Assembly (NCBI GenBank): GCA_965206695.1
Contig: CBDBKM010000008.1
Span: 1-64,000, forward strand
Direction of reading: 5' to 3'
From: Chlamydiales bacterium
GTDB taxonomy: Bacteria; Chlamydiota; Chlamydiia; Chlamydiales; JAAZZY01
DNA: 64,000 nt
In this document: one piece after another, positions 21,443-31,746 of the stretch
How the letters are laid out: each line of letters begins with the position of its first letter
Position numbering within the stretch: position 1 is the first letter of the stretch
The notes under the pieces: generated by a model
The model's input: only the letters and a program-made list of their open reading frames with translations
Databases searched by the model: none
What the model was told of the DNA's origin: nothing
Program-made: the position numbers and the translations under genes

Positions 21443-22260
21443 TAGTCATTTAATTTTACATTGATAAGATTGCTTGATCAATGGCGAATTTAAAATTCGT
21501 AACTTTTCGTAATATCTCTCTAACTTTATTTTTCATATTAGCCCAATATTTTTCTATAGGATTTAAGTCCGGAGAATATGGAGGAAGAAACATAAGCTTA
21601 CAACCGGCAGATTCTACTGTTTTCCTGCTTTCCGCTGACTTGTGAAAACCGGCATTGTCAAGAATAAGAACACTACCGGGTGTAAGCTGAGGAGTCAAAA
21701 CTTCCTTAAGCCAAATATTGAATAACCCGGTATTACAAGTACCTTCAAAACACATTGGAGATAAAAACTGCCCTTTAGATAGGGCTGAAATAATATTTTG
21801 CCTTATAAAGCGGTTTCCTGAAACCGCTCCAAAAACTTTTTTGCCGCGTAAGCTTCTTCCGGACTCACGAAATAAAAATTGATGAATCCCGGTTTCATCG
21901 AGATAAATTCTCTTGTCAAAGGGAATATTTTTTAAATCTTTCATAAAAGCTTCCCGTTTCTTTTCATCTCTTTCCTTATAGCGAGTAGTTTTTTTTTTCG
22001 TGTAATTTTTAATCTTTTAAGGGCATAAAAAATCGTTTGCGGAGTGACTGAAAAATAATCAGCAATTTCCGATAAGAAATAATCCGGATGTTTTTCTACA
22101 TATTTAGATAACAACTCATCATCTAATTTATTATAAGCATATTTTCTGCGGATTGGCTTTAAATGTCCTTTTTGCTTTTTTTGCAAGATCCATCGATATA
22201 TTGTTGCGATACCTACTTGAAAAATATGGCCGGCTGTTTTTTTATCATGATGTTTTTCTA
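21443..22260 (-). mobile_element. IS630 type A, copy 1, left end deleted
   Basis: Near-identical to 36310-37244; ORFs 21456-21944 (DDE) and a truncated orfA. Confidence 0.92.
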
Positions 22261-22262
22261 TA

Positions 22263-23356
22263 TACTCATCACGAATAAACCTCCGGATATTTTGTATTCG
22301 TATAGTGTAAATTATTTTGTATGAATTCATTTTTAACACTATCAGAAGAAAAGCATCTCAGACAGCAACATAAACGAGAAAAGAATGGTCGTATACGAGA
22401 TCGTATCAAGGCTGTTCTATTGTCGAATAAAGGTTGGAGTAATACTCGTATTGCTGAAGCTGTGCTTTTAGACGATGAAACAGTGTCTCGTCACATTAAA
22501 GAATATCAAAATAAACAGCAATTGCATGTAGAAAGCGGTGGTTCAGTCAGTAAACTTCTTGCGCCACAGTCAGAAGAATTCATTAAACATTTAACAACTC
22601 ATACCTATGTCAAAGTAGAAGATATCTGTTCTTATGTTCTCGCGAAATATGGCATTGTTTATACGATTTCAGGGATGACTTCTTGGCTACACTCACATGG
22701 TTTTTCCTATAAAAAGCCTAAAGGTACACCGGCTAAGGCAAATTCTGATCAACAAAAAGCTTGGATGCAATTTTACGCCAAGCTTATGGCATCTCTGCCT
22801 AAAAATGAGCCTGTTGAATTTGCTGATGGTGTACATCCAACTATGGCAACTAAAATTTCTTATGGTTGGATTCGACCGGGAACAGATAAATTGATTGCAA
22901 CAACAGCTTCTCGTACTCGAATGAATCTTATGGGGTCTATCAATTTAAACAGTATGAAGGTAACAATAGATGCTTATGAAACATTAAATAGCGGTACCAT
23001 GGCAAAGCATTTTGCTTTGCTACGGTCAAAATACCCCTCAGCTCCAAATATCCATCTTATTTTAGATCAAGGCCCTTATAATACAAGTATTCAGACCAAA
23101 CAAGAAGCAGAAAAACAAGGTATTATTCTCTATTATTTACCTTCTTACAGTCCTAACCTCAATCCCATTGAACGATTATGGAAAGTGATGAATGAATATT
23201 GTCGCAATAATCGGTTTTTTAATTCTGCTAAAGAATTTCGGAGATCGATTACCGGATTTTTTGAAAATACTTGGCCCTCTATTGCTCAATCAATGAGGAA
23301 ACGAATCAATGATCATTTTCAAGTCTTAGAATCGGCACTTTGATTCATAAGGGGTA
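22263..23356 (+). mobile_element. IS630 type B, apparently intact; transposase 22321-23343
   Basis: TIRs TACTCATCACGAAT / TACCCCTTATGAAT flanked by TA; FADG, ILDQG, LPSYSPNLNPIERLW. Confidence 0.93.
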
Positions 23357-23899
23357 TATACATAAAACGGGTCACTACCTGGTGATCATTCCAAATAATA
23401 CCAAGCAAAGAACTCACGGATTCATAGACGCACCAAATCCCTTTGATAAATCTAAAGCCGATCGTAGTCCACCGGAAGTTGTCAAACCGGACCGTGTTTC
23501 CATACAACAAGCTTTAACCAATACTGATGATTATATCAAAATTTAACAAAAAACACATTTGAAACCGGGAGCCTATCATGCAACGGAAGTCGTCCCCTCA
23601 CACCGCAAAAGTACAGAGTCCGACGAATTTAAATTAACTCTAGCACTTGTAGATGAAAATAGTAATATCCTGGTTCTCGAATCATTTTTGAACCACTTGG
23701 TACAAGTTCCTGAGACTCATGTTCCAACAAATTTGGAGTTGTGTGATGACTCGCCCACCACCCCCGGTCAGCATTATTTTGTAGCTGACGATATTATGAC
23801 TTATTTCAAAAATGGTGTTCTGTACGTTCCTCTAGATTTTTTAAAAAAACACGGACAAACAGGACGTATAAAAAAGCCGTTGTAGGCTAAAGGTATTCT

Positions 23900-24713
23900 T
23901 CGTTGTAATCTTAGGTATTGAAGATAAACATAACGAAGTCCTTAAGCACCTGTCTTATTGGCCGGAGTAATAGCGACTTTATTAATCAGTCCTGTTTACA
24001 TATCCACACTCACATGTTGCGTATATCCGTACCAATATTTATTCTTACCTTTACACCCGATACAAGCCTGTCTATCAGAGGCAACTTGTGGCAAGGTTTT
24101 GTTTTTCAATTTTTCGTATTTAGCCTGAATAATTTTATCTCTTTCCTCCCATAGAGCTGTTTTTGCAATCAAATGCCCGGCATCAACGAAAGTGAATCCT
24201 TCATTCATTAAACCCCGACGTTTTAGTGGATCTTTAAAATACGTAAAAATCTTAGACAGTAAATGCGTTCCCATTTTTGTTCTAATTCTAAAAAAGACAC
24301 TATAAATCAGGTGTTTGCTCTTGTAAATGAAACCGGCAAAACCATTTAGCCACATTGTTCTCTTGCAGGTAACGTTCTAACTCTCGATCACTAAGATTTT
24401 CCGGAAACTACAATAAAAGACATTGAAAGAGACGCAACAAACCATACCCCTTATTTAAGGGTTATCAAGATTCTAACTTCTTGAACTTATCAGCCGTGTA
24501 GTTAAAAGACCAAAGCTTGATAAAACGACGATAAGCATGACCTAAGGGAATGCATTCTTCTAAACTGATCATTTCAATTTGATTCATCACACGCCTACTT
24601 TTAAAAAAGAAGCATAACAGCTTTTTAGAAAAATATTCACTTAGATTTCAAGAGTCCCACAATCAATAAATTTTTAAAAAATCATTATCAGGAATCAGTT
24701 ATGCAAAAGGTCT
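23900..24713 (-). pseudogene. IS5/IS1182-like transposase pseudogene with left end
   Basis: MNQIEMISLEE..., LSDRELERYLQEN, TFVDA.HL, YWYGY; terminal AGACCTTTTGCATAACTGA. Confidence 0.8.
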
Positions 24714-25195
24714 TCTGAAATTTAAAAGTGCTTCTTTGACTTGGAGATAATCGGTTCATACAAAATTAATATTATATAATGAATTAAATTTTATTTTTCA
24801 TTGTATTCATGTAAAATATCCGGATGACATATTCACTTAATTTAAGAAAACAAGCTTTAAAATATATTAAGAAAGATTTTCTTATTCCGGAACTTAAACC
24901 CGGTCAAGTTGTTATTATGGATAATGCAACTTTTCATAAATCTAAATATTCACAACAACTTATAGAACAAGCAGGTTGTCACATTCTATTGCTTCCTCCT
25001 TATTCAGCGGATTTCAACCCAATAGAAATTTTGGGGGCTAATTTTAAAAAACAGGTTCAAAAAAATATGGAATAATTCACACATTTAGCTCAAGCAATTG
25101 ATTTTTCTTTTCTAACTAATGGATGTTTATGAAAAATAAAATTTAAAACACTATATCTATAATTTTTTGTATGCCTTTCAGTGGCGAAGAATATA
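24714..25195 (-). mobile_element. IS630 type-B-like left-end fragment (same family as 9789-9890) interrupted at a TA by IS630 type C
   Basis: 24715-24776 plus 25154-25190 is colinear with 9789-9886. Confidence 0.7.
24777..25153 (+). mobile_element. IS630 type C, internally deleted miniature derivative
   Basis: Both ends with TA flanks; ORF 24824-25075 fuses MTYSLNLRKQAL to MDNATFHK...LPPYS.DFNPIE. Confidence 0.8.
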
Positions 25196-25358
25196 TGAAG
25201 AGAAAGTAAAATCCCTTGAAGCTCTTCCTGAGCATGTACGCATCGCAACGATTTCAGCTGAAGAACCGGTTCAGGCTGTTTTTTTTAAGATTACAACAAT
25301 CTAATGATCATAGATACTCTCATACTGCGTCGTTATTTGAAAATGAAGGACCCTCCAG

Positions 25359-26201
25359 ATGAATAAAAAATTAATTCTTATAGCTTTTTTACCTATTGCT
25401 CTTGTTCTGGTCGGATTTTTTTGGCTCCGATCAAAAAAAGTTGAAGAACCTAAAATCTATGATACTTTCCTTTTTTATAATGAACTGGACTTACTCACTC
25501 TTCGGCTCGAAGAACACTATGATCATGTAGACTATTTTGTACTATTGGAAGCTACAGAGACCTTTACCGGCAAACCTAAAGAACTTTTTTTTCAAAACAA
25601 TAAAGACAAATTTGAAAAATATGCCGATAAAATCATCCATATTATTACTGATAAACATATCGATACTGACGATGCTTGGGTAAGGGAGAGATATCAAAGA
25701 GATTATATCTTAAAAGGATTAGAAAACTGTCATCAACATGATATTATTTTACTATCTGATGTCGATGAAATTATTAACGTTCATAAGATGGACGAAATCA
25801 TCAATAACATTAAGTCAAAACCTCATGCGGTTTTCAGCCTCGACCAGAAACTTTATACCATTCGCCTAAACCGATATAAAAATATCCCTTATGTAGGCAC
25901 CACAGTTGCAACCTATCGTAACATGAAAAAAATGACTCCTGAAGAGATCCGGCGAGGACGAACTAAATGTCCAACTATAAAAAATGCCGGATGGCATTTC
26001 TCTTCTATAGGAGGATTTAAAAACTATGTAAATAAAATAGAATCCTTTTCACATACCGAATGTAATAAACCCGAAAATAAAACTCTGAACGCGTATGAAT
26101 CCGCTATATCTAATCTTATTTTAGTTCCTATTGATGACACCTTTCCTAAATATATACAGAAACATGTTGATGAATTAAGAAAAATTGGACTAATAGAATA
26201 A
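25359..26201 (+). CDS. GT17-family glycosyltransferase (MGAT3/GnT-III-like) with N-terminal anchor
   Basis: IYDTFLFYNELDLL.LR, VDYFVLLEA..TFTG.PK, E.YQR, LSDVDEI, AGWHFS, KIESFSH. Confidence 0.88.
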   Translation: MNKKLILIAFLPIALVLVGFFWLRSKKVEEPKIYDTFLFYNELDLLTLRLEEHYDHVDYFVLLEATETFTGKPKELFFQNNKDKFEKYADKIIHIITDKHIDTDDAWVRERYQRDYILKGLENCHQHDIILLSDVDEIINVHKMDEIINNIKSKPHAVFSLDQKLYTIRLNRYKNIPYVGTTVATYRNMKKMTPEEIRRGRTKCPTIKNAGWHFSSIGGFKNYVNKIESFSHTECNKPENKTLNAYESAISNLILVPIDDTFPKYIQKHVDELRKIGLIE

Positions 26202-26285
26202 GCAAAGAATTGCATTCAAAACTCAAATCCTATATATCTTACCGTCCGATAAGTGAGGATTATTATCAATTTTTGGTTAAATTAA

Positions 26286-27221
26286 ATGAATGCAAAAGCC
26301 TCGAGTTTATCTTTTAATAAAAAAGATATCATTTCAATTGATGATCTAAGTAAAACAGAAATCCTTCATATTTTAACACTCGCCCAACAGTTAAAAAAGC
26401 AACCATCCCCATCCGTTTTATCCGGTAAGATCATGGCTTCATGTTTTTTTGAACCTTCAACCAGAACGAGAATATCTTTTGAAACAGCCATGCTAAGGCT
26501 AGGCGGAAATGTAACCGGTTTTGCTACCGGCGATACTTCTTCAGCAAAAAAAGGAGAATCTTTACAAGACACCATAAAAATTATGGGTCAATATGCTGAT
26601 ATTATCGTCATCCGTCATCCCTTAGAAGGGTCTGCTAGAGTAGCATCTGAAGCAACAGACATTCCTATTATTAATGGTGGTGATGGAGCTAACCAACACC
26701 CGACTCAAACACTTCTCGATTTAATGACAATCCGGGAATGTCAACACAAGCTACAAGGCTTGAACATTGCCTTAGCAGGAGATCTTAAATATGGACGAAC
26801 GGTGCATTCCTTAGCACTCGCTTCTGCTCTTTTTAATATACGCCTATATTTTATTTCTCCACCTGCTCTTGAAATGCCGGATTGGATCTGTAAGATTCTT
26901 AGAAGTAAAAGGGTTAAATTCTCTTTTCATAACAGCATAGAAGAAGTTATTCCAAAAGCTGATATTCTTTATATGACCCGACTCCAAAAAGAACGCTTTT
27001 CCGATAGCTTAGAATTTGAAAGAACTGTTTCTTCTTATATTTTAAAAAATAGCATGTTAAAGAATGCTAAAAAAAATCTACGTATTTTGCATCCCTTACC
27101 TCGTATTGATGAAATCAAAAACGAGATGGATGAAACACCATATGCTTATTATTTTCAACAAGCCCAAAATGGCTTATATATTCGTCAAGCTTTATTAGGC
27201 TTAGTATTAGGAAAGTTATAG
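26286..27221 (+). CDS. pyrB: Aspartate carbamoyltransferase, catalytic subunit
   Basis: FFEPSTRT, HPTQTLLD, RLQKER, HPLPR. Confidence 0.97.
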   Translation: MNAKASSLSFNKKDIISIDDLSKTEILHILTLAQQLKKQPSPSVLSGKIMASCFFEPSTRTRISFETAMLRLGGNVTGFATGDTSSAKKGESLQDTIKIMGQYADIIVIRHPLEGSARVASEATDIPIINGGDGANQHPTQTLLDLMTIRECQHKLQGLNIALAGDLKYGRTVHSLALASALFNIRLYFISPPALEMPDWICKILRSKRVKFSFHNSIEEVIPKADILYMTRLQKERFSDSLEFERTVSSYILKNSMLKNAKKNLRILHPLPRIDEIKNEMDETPYAYYFQQAQNGLYIRQALLGLVLGKL

Positions 27222-27222
27222 T

Positions 27223-27708
27223 ATGACTAAAAAAACACTTATCGTTGCAGGAATTCATCATGGAACTGTTATTGATCATATCGTGCAGGGTAGAGGAATA
27301 CAACTTCTACATCTCTTAGATTTGACACATTATACAAAAATGATTGCAACAGGCTTCAATCTTCCAAGTGAAAATATGGGAAGTAAAGATCTGATTAAAA
27401 TTGAAGGGAAAGAATTAACCGTCGATGAAGCAAGTAGTGTTGCAATCATCTCTCCTAAAGCCACTATTAACATTATAAGAAACTATAAGGTCATAAAAAA
27501 ATTAGATGTTAAAGTACCTCACACAATCGAAGCTTTGTTTGCTTGTCCAAATTCGAGATGTATTACAAACTTTGAAAATATGAAAAGTTTCTTTTTCGTT
27601 ATTCACCCTAAAGTCTGTGCTCACTTAACAAATTGTGCACAATTAAAATGCAAATACTGCGAAAAATTAATATCTCAAGATGAAATTAAAACATTCCGAA
27701 CAAGATAA
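27223..27708 (+). CDS. pyrI: Aspartate carbamoyltransferase, regulatory subunit
   Basis: GTVIDHI, KDLIKIE, CPNSRCIT...CKYCE zinc motif. Confidence 0.95.
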   Translation: MTKKTLIVAGIHHGTVIDHIVQGRGIQLLHLLDLTHYTKMIATGFNLPSENMGSKDLIKIEGKELTVDEASSVAIISPKATINIIRNYKVIKKLDVKVPHTIEALFACPNSRCITNFENMKSFFFVIHPKVCAHLTNCAQLKCKYCEKLISQDEIKTFRTR

Positions 27709-28943
27709 TGGAAGTTATAGGCGCTAAAACTATAGATGGTGAAAAATTGAATCTTTCTTATCCGGATCAATTTAATGAAATTATTGATGCTTCCGGGCTT
27801 CTTATCATGCCCGCTCTTATTGATCCTCATGTTCATTTTCGAACCCCGGGTCACGATTACAAAGAGAATTGGGAAACGGGAGCTAAAGCGGCTATCTCAG
27901 GTGGTATGACAACCGTATTTGATATGCCTAATAATGAGCCTCCCTGTACAACAAAAGAGCGCTTAGAAGATAAAAAGAAACTCATCGAAAAGCAACTTAC
28001 TCGTGTTAATATCCCTTTGAAATATCATCTTTATATAGGCGCGGATAAACAGGCTTTTGATGAAATTAAAAAAGTAAAAGATGATATCATCGGAATAAAA
28101 ATATTTATGGGTTCTTCTACCGGAAGCCTTCTTATAGATGATGATGTTTCATTAGAAACCTGCTTCAAAATAGCTAGTGAATATGATCTACTTATTTCTG
28201 TACATGCCGAATGTGAATGTATCTTACAGGCAAAGGCAAAAGCTATTTCTGTGACAAATGACGCTTCTCTACATCCAAAAATTCGTGATAGAAGCGCCGC
28301 TATCACTGCGACTGAAAAAGTTATTGCTTTAGCATCAAAATATAAAAATAGACTCAATATTTTACATATCAGCACAAAAGAAGAACTTGATCTTATCCGT
28401 CAAGCCAAGAACGATGGTCTTCCGGTTACAGCGGAGACTACCAATAATCATCTTTTTCTAAATGATGAAGCGTATAAAAAATATAATACCTTGATACAGA
28501 TGAATCCGCCTATTCGCAGCAAATCCGACCAGCGAGCACTATGGAAGGCCATCGATGATGGTACAATTGATATGATTGGCACGGATCATGCACCCCATAC
28601 ATTAGAAGAAAAGCAACAGCCTTACGGTCAAGCTCCTTCTGGTATCCCCGGTATTGAAACCATGCTCCCCTTACTGTTAAATGCTTATCATAATAAAAAA
28701 ATGACTCTTCAAAGAATCGTAGAACTAACACGTTATAACATTGAAGATATCTTCAGACTTAAACCTAATGATGATTTTGTATTAATCGATCTTAATGAAG
28801 AACATAAAGTAGAAGCACACACCCTAAAAACCAAATGTGGTTGGTCTCCTTATGAAGGATGGCTTTTAAGAGGATGGCCTGTCTACACTATTATCAATGG
28901 AAGAATTTTTCATTCTGAAACAGCAAAGGAATGTAATAAATGA
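27708..28943 (+). CDS. pyrC: Dihydroorotase
   Basis: DPHVHFR, DMPN, MNPPIR, GTDHAPH. Confidence 0.95.
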   Translation: MEVIGAKTIDGEKLNLSYPDQFNEIIDASGLLIMPALIDPHVHFRTPGHDYKENWETGAKAAISGGMTTVFDMPNNEPPCTTKERLEDKKKLIEKQLTRVNIPLKYHLYIGADKQAFDEIKKVKDDIIGIKIFMGSSTGSLLIDDDVSLETCFKIASEYDLLISVHAECECILQAKAKAISVTNDASLHPKIRDRSAAITATEKVIALASKYKNRLNILHISTKEELDLIRQAKNDGLPVTAETTNNHLFLNDEAYKKYNTLIQMNPPIRSKSDQRALWKAIDDGTIDMIGTDHAPHTLEEKQQPYGQAPSGIPGIETMLPLLLNAYHNKKMTLQRIVELTRYNIEDIFRLKPNDDFVLIDLNEEHKVEAHTLKTKCGWSPYEGWLLRGWPVYTIINGRIFHSETAKECNK

Positions 28944-30034
28944 GTCATGCTATCCCATTATGGTGGCCTCTCCACCCACCTATTTATGATATCAATAAGA
29001 CCTACCGAGAAAATGCAGAGGAAGGACCTTTTTTCTTTGAAAAGATCCCCCACCGAACACTCCCTCCTCAATCAAAATGGGTTGATTTTTTAGGTCATAA
29101 GGTTGCTTCTACATTAGGTATACCGGCCGGCCCCCTTCTAAATTCTAAATGGACAACATTAGCCGGGCGTCTAGGATTTGATATTGTCACTTATAAAACC
29201 ATACGTAATAAATCGTATGACGGATATCCTCTTCCAAACTGTCGTTATGTAGATTTTAAAAAAAAGCTCTCTCCTAAAAAAATTCCGAAGCAGGTTCTAT
29301 TAACTCCAAATGTTCCGAAGGATATGCGTCATCTTTCTATTACAAATTCTTTCGGCATGCCTTCTAGAAGTCATGAATACCTACAAGAAGATATTCCCAA
29401 AGCCAAAGCTAATTTAAAAGAAGGCCAGGTCTTAGTGGTGTCAATTGTAGGTAGCTTCGATCCCGATCATTCTTTTGTTAATGATTTTGTAGAAACTGCT
29501 TTATTCGCTAAAGATTGTGGTGCTTCCATTATAGAAGCTAATTTTTCTTGCCCAAATGTAACATCAGAAGAAGGTTCTTTATTTACCGATCCCGAAGCTG
29601 TATTTGCTTTTGCCTCTAGTCTTACCACAGCTTTAAAAGAGACACCCCTTATTATTAAATTGGGTAATTTCACTGATCTTGATCTTATGAAACAAATCTT
29701 TATTCAAGCTGCAAAAGCTAACGTCCGAGCCATATCAGGTATCAATACAATCAGCATGCAAGTCGTTGATAAGGATAAAAACCCCGCCTTAGGTCATGGA
29801 AGACTCGTTAGTGGCGTCTGTGGCGATGCTATTCGACTCGTTGGCTTAGATTTTGTCAAAAGTGCCCATCAAATCAACAAAGATGAAAAGCTTGATCTTT
29901 GCCTAATCGGCATGGGCGGTATTATGCAAAATGAGCATTTTGATCAATTCTTTGATGCCGGAGCCGATATTGCTATGGCAGCAACAGGGATGATGTGGGA
30001 TCCTTTTTTGGCTCTTCGCTACCATAATAAATAA
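28940..30034 (+). CDS. pyrD: Dihydroorotate dehydrogenase (divergent, class 1-like)
   Basis: TYKT, TNSFGMPS, EANFSCPN, IIKL, GINT, GMGGI; follows pyrC. Confidence 0.85.
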   Translation: MSHAIPLWWPLHPPIYDINKTYRENAEEGPFFFEKIPHRTLPPQSKWVDFLGHKVASTLGIPAGPLLNSKWTTLAGRLGFDIVTYKTIRNKSYDGYPLPNCRYVDFKKKLSPKKIPKQVLLTPNVPKDMRHLSITNSFGMPSRSHEYLQEDIPKAKANLKEGQVLVVSIVGSFDPDHSFVNDFVETALFAKDCGASIIEANFSCPNVTSEEGSLFTDPEAVFAFASSLTTALKETPLIIKLGNFTDLDLMKQIFIQAAKANVRAISGINTISMQVVDKDKNPALGHGRLVSGVCGDAIRLVGLDFVKSAHQINKDEKLDLCLIGMGGIMQNEHFDQFFDAGADIAMAATGMMWDPFLALRYHNK

Positions 30035-30071
30035 CTTATGTAGTTATTAAGTAAATGTATTAATTTAGTTA

Positions 30072-30340
30072 TAGTGAATTAAATTTTATTTTTCATTTTA
30101 TTCATATTCATGTAAAATATCCGGATGACATATTCACTTGATTTAAGAAAACAAGCTTTAAAATATATTAAAAATGTGGGAACACGAAAAGAGGCAAGTG
30201 TCATTTTTTCAGTTACAACCCGCAGTTTATCGCACCGGCTTGCTCGAGAAAGGGAGTTAATCTTCGCACCTAACAAAAGACGTCCCGGTCCGAGTAAAAT
30301 TGATAGTGATAAACTTAAACAATATCTTCAAAAATATCCT
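30072..30340 (+). mobile_element. IS630 type C left end plus truncated orfA
   Basis: TA|TAGTGAATTAAATTTT end shared with 24777; MTYSLDLRKQAL. Confidence 0.8.
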
Positions 30341-30421
30341 TTCTATTCTTATCATCGATTAGAAGGAGGTCGACTCGCTATAGATAAAGAGACCTGAAAT
30401 CAATGATTTTTAAATCTTATT

Positions 30422-31054
30422 TTATTTGTGCCATTCTTTAGGATTATGGAACCATAATTCAATAGATTCCTTCTCTTTTTGATTAATCATCCCCTTATCT
30501 AAAGCTACTTCTATTAATTTCTTGCCTGTTGTTAAAGTAAGAACAGGTACTTCAGCAGATTCAATATTATCAAGAGATTCTTGCATTTCATAGGTCGTAG
30601 TAGCCATACAATATTGAACGATACCACCATTTTCACGAATCGTATTGATGTTGTCTATCATACTATTAGCACTAGAGATATGATCTTCAATGACTAATAC
30701 CCGGCTATCTGCTTTTATATGACCCTCCATTTTATTTTCTTTCCCATGTCCTTTTAGAGAACTTCGAACATATACCATAGGAAGATCCAATCTATCGGCT
30801 ATCCAAGCTCCAAGAGGAATTGCAGCTGTAGCTGTAGCTGATATCCAGTCAATATTCTTAATACCCACCTCTTTATCAATTACTTTTAGATAACTCTCAA
30901 TAAGTATATTCCGTTTATGTGGATAGGAGATAATTAAACGATTATCTAAATAGACAGGGCTTTTCAGACCGGAAGTATAAGTAAAAGGAGGATCAAACCT
31001 AAAAGACATAGCCGAAACGTCTAATAATAATTCAGCAATTTTTTCTTCACTCAT
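30422..31054 (-). CDS. pyrE: Orotate phosphoribosyltransferase
   Basis: PFTYTSGLKSPVYLDNR, YVR...KGHG, VLVIEDHISS PRPP loop. Confidence 0.92.
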   Translation of the reverse strand: MSEEKIAELLLDVSAMSFRFDPPFTYTSGLKSPVYLDNRLIISYPHKRNILIESYLKVIDKEVGIKNIDWISATATAAIPLGAWIADRLDLPMVYVRSSLKGHGKENKMEGHIKADSRVLVIEDHISSANSMIDNINTIRENGGIVQYCMATTTYEMQESLDNIESAEVPVLTLTTGKKLIEVALDKGMINQKEKESIELWFHNPKEWHK

Positions 31055-31209
31055 CTTATCCCCTATTCACTTTTTATTTTTGATGTATCTTACTTAATCT
31101 TAAGATTGAAGATAAGCCTTTTTACTTTTGACGGTAAAAATGATGAAAATTGACGCTTGCATGTGTAAAACGATTTTCATATAAGCAGGGATATTAAGGA
31201 TCAGACAAT

Positions 31210-31228
31210 TTGGGTAATAATTACCCAA
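31210..31228. promoter_or_regulatory. Perfect 9-1-9 inverted repeat, candidate operator
   Basis: TTGGGTAAT-A-ATTACCCAA between divergent pyrE and the DUF378 gene. Confidence 0.5.
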
Positions 31229-31252
31229 GGAATTGAACATAAGGAGTCTGCA

Positions 31253-31474
31253 ATGAAATGTTGTTGCAAGTTGATTAATGTCGTTACCATGTTTTTTATA
31301 GTAGTCGGGGCAATTTGCTGGGGTCTATGGGGATTTTTCCGAGTAGACACATTAGCTTCCCTATTCGGGATTGGAGCCGGTCGAGTATTATACTGTATTA
31401 TAGGAGTATTTGGCCTTTACGGCATTTATATGTTCGCCCAGTATTTGATGTTGTACTGTAAAGAAAAGAAATAA
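31253..31474 (+). CDS. DUF378-family small membrane protein
   Basis: IVVGAICWGLWGFF..D.LA.LFG....R.LY.IIG pattern; AAGGAG RBS. Confidence 0.85.
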   Translation: MKCCCKLINVVTMFFIVVGAICWGLWGFFRVDTLASLFGIGAGRVLYCIIGVFGLYGIYMFAQYLMLYCKEKK

Positions 31475-31525
31475 ATCCTAAGGATTAGAGCTTATTTTTA
31501 TAAGCGGGATAAACAGTCAATAAAG

Positions 31526-31545
31526 CCCGCACATGCATGTGCGGG
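31526..31545. repeat. Perfect 20-bp GC-rich palindrome
   Basis: CCCGCACATGCATGTGCGGG. Confidence 0.75.
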
Positions 31546-31654
31546 TAATTTGCATATTTTAATTTTCACAGTTCAATAAAAGCAAATACTTCAAGTTTTT
31601 ATCAACAAATATGACACCCCCCAACAGAAGATGAAAAAAAGATAAAACAAGAGT

Positions 31655-31746
31655 ATATACAATTAGGAAGTATATCCAAAATCAAAAAAAACAAATAGAC
31701 ACTTTCATCCCAATGCTAAAGCAAAGGGTTTTCTCATCTACTTATC
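31655..31746 (-). mobile_element. IS605 left-end remnant overlapping the brnQ stop codon
   Basis: Matches 885-976 and 1835-1923; ends TC|ATAA. Confidence 0.85.

Larger units (their letters stand above)
21359..23885 (+). pseudogene. Unknown host gene of about 200 aa interrupted by nested IS630 elements and one in-frame stop
   Basis: 21359-21442 (MIVGG...TSKL) joins in frame to 23361 (HKTGHYL...); TAA at 23544 is in frame with ORF 23559-23885. Confidence 0.6.

Noticed and set aside
21941..22339. 132-aa ORF as a real gene
   Set aside because: Chimera of antisense IS630-B end and truncated IS630-A orfA.
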